This document shows positions 25,453 to 34,466 of a DNA stretch of 64,000 nucleotides, piece by piece. The translations under genes were made by a program, and so were the position numbers. The first letter of the stretch is position 1, and every line of letters starts with the position of its first letter. A model generated the notes under the pieces. That model was not told the DNA's origin. It saw only the letters and a list, made by a program, of their open reading frames with translations, and did no database searches. The stretch comes from Chiloscyllium plagiosum. Taxonomy: Eukaryota. Location: NCBI RefSeq assembly GCF_004010195.1, contig NC_057711.1, forward strand, positions 113,315,909 through 113,379,908, given 5' to 3'.

Positions 25453-25537
25453 CTTTGGGAAGAGTCCCGTCAATCAAACTCCCGGTTCCCATCAGGAAGA
25501 TCATCAGAAGTGGAATGCTGAATGGGGTAATGGTCAT
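25453..25537 (-). CDS. MUSK: MuSK (muscle-specific receptor tyrosine kinase) coding exon 1, signal peptide
   Basis: The minus strand reads ATG(25537)-MTITPFSIPLLMIFLMGTGSLIDGTLPK-G|gtttgc, which is 85 nt (28 codons + 1). It closely resembles the Torpedo MuSK N-terminus as recalled (MNFIPVDIPLLMIFLVTTGGSADGILPK). The phase-1 end joins exon 2 in frame (G+CT = Ala). Confidence 0.95.
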
Positions 25538-26030
25538 GATAAAGTGGTGGACGGAAGAATTTTCAGCCAAGCCACCTTGTATTCTGTGTTAAAACCTGAG
25601 TTTATAGCCGGTAATGTCTCTGGACTCTCTCACAGATCCCAAAAAGAGGCCCTAGTGCATCTAAGTATAAATAGGAATTTTCAAAAGACTGGAACTGGAA
25701 AATGATGGACGTTAGCAGATGTTCCTCATCCTATCCAGCCATCTGCTGGTATATAAGCCTACTGCCTCCTGTAACTAGAGTAAATAAATCTTTCATTCAG
25801 GCAGCTCAAGATTAGGCACAACAATAGTCTTTTGCTAATATCTCCCACAAATTAAATCATTATCCTTCAGCAATTATAAGCTTCCAATTTATAAACATCA
25901 ACATATAGTTCAAGGAGAGTTAAGTGACAGCATTAAGTGAGTTTGATTACACTAACCTTGAATGAAATTGAAACATATTATTCTGGTACATCTAACAGTC
26001 TTTGTGTGGAGTTCCCACCTGTTGCCTGAT
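25538..26030 (-). promoter_or_regulatory. Putative MuSK 5'UTR and proximal promoter
   Basis: Repeat-free sequence directly upstream of the MuSK ATG. It contains Ets-like ACGGAAG (25551), MEF3-like TCAGGTTTT (minus, 25591-25599), MEF2-like site 25665-25674, E-boxes at 25716, 25740 and 26016, and an AT-rich TATA-like box at 25750-25756. The TSS cannot be determined from sequence. Confidence 0.6.
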
Positions 26031-26244
26031 TAGTCGCATGTATAGGTTTATTTTAAGTCAGGAATGTGTGATTACCAGTCTTTCCAAGGGTGATAACTAT
26101 GTTTCCCAACTCAGTTTGGTGCTGTAATTTCAATTGTAGCAAACTCTATGGATGGAATCTTATAAGGGTCTGAGTGACTTGGACCATGGCAAGATGAATA
26201 AAAGAATTTAGCAGCAGTAGCTGGGAGCCCCATCTTGGCTTCAA

Positions 26245-26580
26245 GATTCACCAAGGCTCTTCTGACAGCATCTTTCAAACCCCCGGCCACTTACATCTAG
26301 AAGGACAAAGGCAGCAGTTACGTGGGTATGCAACCATCTGCAATTTCCCCCCCAAGCCACTCAACATCCTGACTTGGAAATACATTGCCATTCCTTCGCT
26401 GTTGCTAGATCAAAATCCTTGAATTCCCTCTCTGATGGCATTGTGAGTGTACCTACATAAAATGGACTGAAGTGATTCAAGAAGGCAGCTCACCACCCTT
26501 CTTAAAGGCAACCAAGGATGGGTGTTAAATGTTGGATCAGACAAAAATGCCCACGTCCCACAAGTAAATTAAATAAAAGA
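26245..26580 (+). mobile_element. CR1-clade LINE 3' end
   Basis: catctagaaggacaaaggcagcag…ttcaagaaggcagctcaccacc…ggatggg. The same 3' end recurs at 37490-37850, 39770-40500 and 52075-52430. Confidence 0.75.
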
Positions 26581-26617
26581 GATCATCTCTCTCCATCTTT
26601 TATGCCTTTCATAAGAG

Positions 26618-26869
26618 CTCAGCACCACCTTCCTAACCTGCAATCTTCTTCCTGACCTCTCCGCCCCCCCACCCCCACTCCAGCCTATCACCCTCACCTT
26701 AACCTCCTTCCACCTATCACATTTCCAATGCCCCTCCCCCAAGTCCCTCCTCCCTACCTTTTATCTTAGTCTGCTTCAACTGAAGAAGGGCTCATGCCCA
26801 AAATGCCGATTCTCCTACTCCTTGGATGCTGCCTGACCTGCTGCGCTTTTCCAGCAACACATTTTCAGC
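26618..26869 (+). mobile_element. Penelope-like terminal repeat with 10-bp TSD and decayed hammerhead core
   Basis: C-rich tract, CTGAAGAAGGGCTCATGCCCAAAATG at 26780, then ggatgctgcctgacctgctgcgcttttccagc. TSD ttcataagag at 26608-26617 and 26870-26879. Confidence 0.85.
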
Positions 26870-27276
26870 TTCATAAGAGATGTGCCAAGATTTAAGCTAG
26901 GCAGTGCTGAGTTGACAATTGACTGTTAAACACCTTGTTAACAACTCAACTCGCGTCATTATTGATTGTTAAACACCTTGTTAACAACTCAACTTGCATC
27001 ATTAATATTAGTGCTTCTGATTTTACCAAACTCACCAAACAAGTCCATCATCGGGAAAGCCCAACAAGAAAGAGTGGGCACCTGGCAGATTCAGTTTATT
27101 GCAAACTCCAGGTGACCTCCATGCTGGACACCAAGAGCCAACATCTCAGGCCACACCACTCCATGGGCACCAGCCATACATCCAGAGACATTGGCATCCG
27201 ACATGACACATCTCTGATCCATTTATAAAAGGCTTCTGCATTTCAAATGCTCACAGTGTGACTATCATTGGAATGC

Positions 27277-27329
27277 NNNNNNNNTGGATGCTGCCTGACC
27301 TGCTGTGCTGTTCCAGCAATAAAGTTTCA
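27277..27329 (+). mobile_element. Penelope-like insertion, mostly lost in an assembly gap, with 16-bp TSD
   Basis: actatcattggaatgc at 27261-27276 and 27330-27345 flanks an N-gap plus ggatgctgcctgacctgctg. Confidence 0.8.
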
Positions 27330-28559
27330 ACTATCATTGGAATGCCACTGTCATTGCACTCAGGGATACATACCCAGCGCATGGATTGGACCAGGCCGCA
27401 GCTCCAGGCTCCTCACTCTCTGTCATAGTGATCACATGCTCTGAGCATAACTGGATGTTCACAGCATGCTTGCCATGCATTGCCTTGTCTTTCTGTGCTT
27501 TATCCCCTTGGACAGAGATATCAGGCTCATATCACTTCTGTATTGCTTCTCTGCTTTTTACAGATATAAAGCCGAGAATCCTATCATGGTTGTCAGCAGA
27601 CCTCAGTCAAGTCAAGAGGGATATCCTTTCCTCAGTGGTTACCAGCAAAACGTCAAGGGCAACCTTTGATAATAGTGCAGGACCTGCTCAGGACAGTCAG
27701 AATCACGGTCCTCTCCTCATGAAATGCTTAATGATGAGCAGTCCCCCATTCATCCTGACTCCTTCTTCTCTACTGAGGGCTGTTATCCTCTCGCAATGAG
27801 AAGGAGCGGTATTAAACCATCCGTGTCTATGAAGGCCTGCTTATGATACACCCCTACAGGATTAAGATGTCAGAAAGGTTAGCACAAATGTTTTCATTTT
27901 ATTGAATGCAAATATGGATAACACCCTGCCAACATACAGTGGGTATGAGAGGAAAGCTGAATGAACAATATTCCTGCAACCACATCCGACGTAATTGATG
28001 GAGTTATATATTCTTTCCAATGAGTAGTTATGATTTAGTTCTTTCCTCAAAAATCATTGAGCATCTTCCTGAGGCAGCCTGACTAAACACTGATTGTATA
28101 AAATTTGTTCTGCTGTCCTACTCCTGGTCCGACTCAAATCCTGAGTTTTAACAGTATATTTATTTGCACATTGGATCTCCTGAGCAATTTAGCCAACACA
28201 TTGTTTTTGATATGTTTGTTACAGTTGGACATTCCCACTGCAGATGAACATATTATTTAGATTTGGGGGAGTTGGTTCTTTGAAGTGGTTAGTTTGGTAG
28301 CTTTTACAATGAATTAATGGAAGTGAAAGTGGATGGCATCGATGTTGCCTTTGGTGCAGGTAGGGAGGTGTCCTGAGCAAGTGAGCAGGCAGCGTAGAGG
28401 TCACACAAGGTTAGTGGTGTCAGCGGTTGGAGTGTGTGTAATAGAAGATATCGCAAGTAATAGCGATGGTGGTAGAGCATGGGCTTTGGTGAGAGGTGAG
28501 TCCAGTAGCAAAGTTAGAGTGAATGTGAGATATTAGAGAGAAGATAGTGACATTTGCAC

Positions 28560-28760
28560 TTGGCAGAGTAGAGAAAAACATTGACTTTCTTCCGAGAGTG
28601 CTGGGCATTCCTCCGGACAGCTGAGATCACATTGGCCTGGCCAGCAACCTTGGACATTGATTGGTGTCGTAGCCTTGACTCCTGCTCCCGGGGGAAGAGT
28701 AAGTTCCGATTTGGCACCAGCACAATGCCAGGACCCTGCCTGCCATCTCCAGAACTGACA
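28560..28760 (-). pseudogene. Decayed Myb/SANT (trihelix) domain of a PIF/Harbinger-type transposon
   Basis: ORF 28514..28801 contains RNLLFP…KVAGQANVISAVRRNAQHSRKKVNVFLYSAK. This resembles the Harbinger/NAIF1-type pattern LFP…W..VA..VNA.S…RT..QCRKK.NDL…AK. Confidence 0.6.
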
Positions 28761-29009
28761 GTGGGTACAGATGGGCTTTTAAAGATGGTACAGGTGCCCA
28801 TCTATTGGCAAATATCCACTGAGTAGTGAGCCATTCTGAGAATGGCACGTGGGAAAATGGGGTGGAAATTGGATGATAGATGCACCACAGGGACAAGGTA
28901 AACAATTAAAGAGGCAGGGTTTACAAAGATATGGCTCCACAGTGAGAAACCCTTCAAAAAATTTGACACAAATGTCAATGTAATAATGATCAAATGATTT
29001 GCTTTTGGA

Positions 29010-29280
29010 ATGTTGGTTGAGGGAAATGAATTAGCTAGCCAATACTCTTAGGGCAACTGCCCTGATTTTCTTTGAAATCATGCCATTTGGATTTTAAAGG
29101 TCTCTCTCATAGGACAGATGGGTCCTTAATTTGATGTCGCACCTGAAAGATGAAATCTCTGACAGTGCAGAAATCCTTCAGTGCTGCACTAAAGTGATAG
29201 CCTAGATATAATGTTGAATTCCTGGGGTAGGACCTGGACTCACAACATTCTGACCCAGTGAGGAGAGAACTACCAATTAA
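29010..29280 (-). mobile_element. DeuSINE-like (SacSINE1-type) element
   Basis: Deu-domain-like agtgcagcactgaaggatttctgcactgtcagagat…tttcag. Related decayed copies at ~14615-14770 (+), 35930-36280 (-), 40590-40810 (+), 55060-55170 (+) and 55860-56050 (-). Confidence 0.7.
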
Positions 29281-30329
29281 TTTTGCTGCCAAATGCATGA
29301 CCATTGAGTTACATGTTTGAGTTATTGTGCACTCTATTAATTCTTATACATCAATACCTCTTCACTTCCATCTTCTAATAACCACTACGTTATTTTACTT
29401 TGAATTAGCTGACAGAGCCTGAGATCCTTTTGTCAAGAGTTGCAAAAGATCATACATTTGTGTATTCAATCAGCATGGACAATTTTAGTCCCATTAAAGG
29501 GGGTGATGAATCAAAATAATTAAACAAAGACTGAACAGGAGTCCAATAAATTATAAAATGCATAAGAGCATAAGTAATAGGGTTGAGTAGGCCATTCAGT
29601 CCCTTGAGCCTGACCTTGTAAAATATGACTAATCTGATTATAGTATTCCCTCTTATCCTTGCAAATCTTGACTCACCAATGGAGGATGAATTGAAAACTA
29701 CTTTTAATAAGAGAAAGCAATAATTGAAGCAAGGGATATTTTCTTTAAAAAAATTTATATCACACTTTTCATCTCCCAAAACTCTTCACAGCCAATGAGG
29801 TATGATCTGAAGTGGCCACTGTTATAATGTGTGAGGGTACAATACATGCCTGTTTATATTAAACATGAGGGTGTTTACTTTGGCTGCTGGCATACCACCC
29901 ATCCTGGAAATGAAGAGGTCATGGGTCACTTTTGAAGTCCACAAGAAATTATTGAGTGGTCACCCAGAGCATGGAACATATAACAACTTGTTGGCTGATT
30001 CAGAAAGATAATGGAGGTTTTTCTTTTCTAAACCTGTCACAGTTATCTGAATGCACAAATAGAGCTGTTGCTCTTTATCTACATCAGGCAGGGCAAGTTG
30101 AGCATGATGCTGCTTGTTTAAATACAAAAGTATATACATAGAAATGTATGCTTCATATAATTGAGTCACATCTGTAATATAGTGTATCCCTGCTGGAGAG
30201 ATAATACAATATTCCCTTTTTCCAAAGAAAAAAACATCATCAACAAATGCGCCATTGCACATAGACATGTGTTGTCAATTCAACAATTAACAGACATGTA
30301 AAAACAGAGTTTACAAGATTAATAGGAGG

Positions 30330-31490
30330 TTTCTAAACTCACCCTGATCTGGTGATCATATATTCATCTGGAAAAGTATGTGTTATCCTTGCTTCCTCTT
30401 GGCTGACACCTTGGTTGTCTTTCCACAGTTCAGTGGTGTTCAGCATTATCACACGATCATTGCATCAGAACTTTCTTCCTAATCTGTGGCATAATTTATA
30501 ATGGTTTGAGATGGCTTCTGTTCCTTTGCAAAGTTAACACCATCATCAGTAATGACTTCATAGGACCTGGGCTGGGATGGATATCTTTGAAACCTTTGCT
30601 GCTTTCCAGGTATTTTTTACTGGATTTCTGACTTGTCCTCACTGTCCAGTGTATAATTATGATGATTCTCTACCTGCTCGTTGGAGGTGTAGATGTTTCA
30701 CTCTCTGTGAGGTGGAAAGTCCTGTGGATCTTTTATTCTCAGCACCGTGGTGGGTTTAAATCTTATGAATTATTACAATACTGAGATCTGTGCATAGTAG
30801 ATGTCCTGTCATTGCTGGACCATCAGTACTGACCTGGTGGAAGATTTCAGGAATCTAAGCTGAATGTGAATGTTTGCACCTCAGTGTGATGATGACACTA
30901 CACAGGCTCTTTGTAGGTTGTACCATGGAACACCACTTGTTTGGATACTTGTATTTTAGGATACTCCTGAATTTGTGATGTTGATGGTTGTAAAAGCTTC
31001 TGCTTGTTTTATACCGCCATCATGGTGTGCGCGGTTGTCATATGAAAGGCTTGGTCTTTCTCCAAAGGTTGCTTTTCAGTTTGTTGTCTGTTCACTTCAT
31101 TGAGCTGTTTACTTACATTTGGACAACTGCCCCTGCCACCTTCAGTCTGGTGTTATACCACCTGTTGGGCACCTGGGTTGTGTTTTGGATCAGGTTTGGC
31201 CTTTGAAACAAGATTTTCTGCAAAGGTGTGCCCGACATCTTTGGTGACTTATGCTTTGCAGATGTGAAGAAATACTGGAAATGTCTAGTTAGGTGTGACA
31301 AACTGCATTTATGTCAGAGGTTGCTGGTTTGTTGCACTTTGCTGACTAGAACAATAAAGTTTTCTATGTCATTGTTGTTGGTTTGCCACTATGGCTTCAT
31401 GTTGGCATCCAACTTCCATCAAGGAATTAATGGCTGGACACACTGCCTTTATGCTACACTAATTGCCAAAACATATGTTTGAACATCCAA
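30330..31490 (-). mobile_element. Decayed Ty3/Gypsy remnant (integrase C-terminal region)
   Basis: The minus strand near 30508-30575 reads PRSYEVITDDGV…RNRSHL, the typical PRSY.V…G…RNR.HL motif. Extent is approximate. Confidence 0.6.
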
Positions 31491-31800
31491 TGTAAGGGTT
31501 TGTAAATGAGTGAGTGGGTGAGTGGATGAATAGATAGAGAGGTAATGTTGGTAGATGAGCAGGGTAAGTGTGAATGTTGGCAGGTAGGTAGGATGGCAAG
31601 TAGGCAAGTGGGTCATCGGGTCAGAGGCTGCCATTTTGTATTAGGAGAGGTTGTCAGGACAGGGGCAAGTTGGATTGAGTCAGGAGGTGGTGATGGATAG
31701 TTTGATCTGTGTAATTAGGAGAGTAGTCAGATCAGATGGAGAGTAGTCAGGAGGAGTTGACAGATAGTCAGAGGATTAGGGGGATAGTTAGCAGGTTCAG

Positions 31801-32154
31801 ATGGCATGGTGGCTCAGTGATTAGCACTGCTGCTTCACAGTGCCAGTGACCCGGGTTCAATTCCAGCCTTGGGCAACTCTCTGTGCGGAGTTCGCACGTT
31901 CTCCCTGCGTCTGTGTGGGTTTCCTCCGGGTGTTCCGGTTTCTTCCCACAATCCAAAGATGTGCAGATTAGGTGAATTGGCTATGTTAACTTGTCCCGTA
32001 GTGTTCAGGGATGTGTAGGTTAGGTGCATTGATCAGGAGTAAATATAGGGTAGGGGAATGGGTCTGAGTGGGTTACTCTTCGGAGGTTTGGTGTGGACTT
32101 GTTGGGCTGAAGGGCCTGTGTCCACACTGAAGAGATTCTAATTCTAAAAAAAAA
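31801..32154 (+). mobile_element. HE1-type SINE with 6-bp TSD
   Basis: Full HE1 body with gttcag immediately before the head and after the A-rich tail. Confidence 0.92.
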
Positions 32155-32456
32155 GTTCAGGGTGAATTTTAAAGAGTTTGTGTGAGTGATTGGGAAATCA
32201 GTTCTGCAGTTACCCAGGATTTTAATATATCTAAGTACTACAGAAGTCTAACTCATAATGAGAGCTGGAGGCTTCTGTGGAGGGTCGCAGGAATCAGGAA
32301 ATTGCCTGTTGGAAGTTTAAACTTCCTAAGCAAATCCCACTGATGTCAAAACACTGGGACTTTTGCTGAGTCCCCCTACATGCATCTTGTGTTAAACATC
32401 CAGATTCCAATGATCAGGAGGGTAGAAAGTCTGGACCATTGCTGCAGATCAATGAT

Positions 32457-32747
32457 AATTCCCGACTCAGGCGACTGACTGTGTGGAGTTTGCACATTCT
32501 TCCCGTGTCTGCGTGGGTTTCCTCCGGGTGCTCCGGTTTCCTCCCACAGTCCAAAGATGTGCACGTCAGGTGAATTGGCCATGCTAAATTGCCCGTAGTG
32601 TTAGGTAAAAGGAGTAAATGTACGGGAATGGGTGGGTTACGCTTCGGCGGGTCGGTGTGGACTTGTTGGGCCGAAGGGCCTGTTTCCACACTGTAGGTAA
32701 TCGAATCGAATCGAATCGAAACGAATCGAATCGAATCAAATCTAATC
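32457..32747 (+). mobile_element. 5'-truncated HE1 SINE with (AATCG)n tail
   Basis: Starts within the B box. The V-domain is intact and the tail reads aatcgaatcgaatcg…aatctaatc. Confidence 0.92.
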
Positions 32748-33529
32748 TTCACCTGAACTGAGAAAAATAGATATGTAATAGGCTCTGTGTCAGTGAGGGA
32801 GAGAGGAAGAACAAAGAACCAAATAGAAGATGTGTGACAAGATAGAGGGAAGGAGTGATTATGTGACATAAGACATCATGGTAACTGTTGTTCAAATTTG
32901 AAGCAAAGGAGTAATGAAAGAAATGAGAAAAAGGAAACAGAACAAGCTAAACCAAAAGAAACCAAATGAAGGCAGAGGTAATGATCCAAAATTGTTAAGA
33001 TCAACATTAAGTACAGAAAGTTGTGCATTACTTTGTCTGTAAAGGGCTCTCACAACTTTCATATTGAATGCTATTTTCTATAAATAGTGAACTAAGGTTC
33101 ACTAATAGACAGAATTTGAACTTTGCTTTTCTCCAGCTGCAATATTGAACTTAGTCCTGCTGAGAAATAGCAGCAATGGGAACAGATTGGTGGCATTCCT
33201 GAACATCAGGAATGGGGTAGAGTAATAATATTTTTTTCAATTGCAACTCTTCACACTAGCGACCCCTCCTTCAGCTAGTTCTATAAGAACTAGTCTGTGG
33301 ACTGTTTTGATGGCAAGGTTCTAATACAGAGTCTTTTATCTCTTTAAGAAACATTAAGGAATGACCAAAATTCTTGGCACCAGAAACGTCACCTCACAGT
33401 GCCCAGTATCACTCATCTAAACTGTTAACAAGTACATTCCATCGAGTTGAGATAATGTTTGAAGACGATTCAATAGCTGAAGCATACAGATCAAGAAAGC
33501 ATTGTTTCTAGTGCATGTAATAAAAGAAC

Positions 33530-33910
33530 AATACCTGGTATTTGTATAATACCTTTATTGCAGTAAAATATCTAAATGTGCCTCATAGGAGAATAACATG
33601 AACAAAATATGCCCACCAAATCACATGAGATTGTATCAAGTTAGAAGTCAATGAAGTAAGTCAGCAAAGAGCATCTTAAAGGTGTAGAAAGGGGTAATGA
33701 AGTGGAGAGGTTTAGAAAGGGAATTTCAGAGCACAGAGCCCAAGGCATGGCTGCCATTGATGGAGCAATTAAAAATTGTGAATGTGTAAGTGATCAGAAT
33801 GGGTGAGTACAGAGATCTCAAAAGACTGTAAAAGGCAAAGAGCGATGGGAAATGGGGGCAAATATCAAGAGTTTGAAAGGTTAATGAAGATGTTAAAATT
33901 CAGATGATGG
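33530..33910 (-). mobile_element. Old L2 3' fragment
   Basis: gtggagaggtttagaaagggaatttcagagc…tggagcaattaaaa resembles 16940-17050 and 38960-39310. Confidence 0.65.
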
Positions 33911-34248
33911 TTGCCTATCAAAGAGACACCAGAGAGACTTGTTTTAAAAATACTTCCTGTTACTCAAGTAATGGTGGGTCTCATATGTAAGTCAACTCCT
34001 GACTTTAAACCTAAGAAACCTCTTTGTAATGCCACGTGCTCATCACTGAAATCAAACTCATTCAGGAGAAAAGCTACTCATTGGTAGAGTCATAGGATAG
34101 CCACTGAAAATGGCGTGTGCGCTCCTTGAGTGTGAGTATATCAACACATGGTTTCAAAGCTACAACCATACTGGTACATGATGCATTCCCATCAATCCTG
34201 CTCTCTAAAATGCCAACATGGTATTAAAAAGGAACAACAGATACTTGG

Positions 34249-34466
34249 CAAAAGTGAGAACTGCAGATGTTGGAAACCAGAGTTTAGATCAGAGTGGTGC
34301 TGGAAAAGCACAGCAAGTCAGGCAGCATCTGAGGAGCAGGAAAATCGCCATTTTTCCATCACCAAAATCTATTCCTGATGAAGGGCTTTTGCCCGAAACG
34401 TTGATCTTCCTGCTCTTCGGATGCTGCCTGACCTGCTGTGCTTTTCCAGAACCACTCTGATCTAAA
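34249..34466. mobile_element. Penelope-derived fold-back (hairpin) insertion with hammerhead core
   Basis: Arms 34282-34347 and ~34399-34466 are reverse complements. The loop/arm junction carries CTGATGAAGGGCTTTTGCCCGAAACGTT (34375-34402). Confidence 0.88.

Noticed and set aside
25442-25705. Plus-strand 87-aa ORF overlapping MuSK exon 1
   Set aside because: It starts at TTG, has no recognisable homology, and is an antisense shadow of the real exon.
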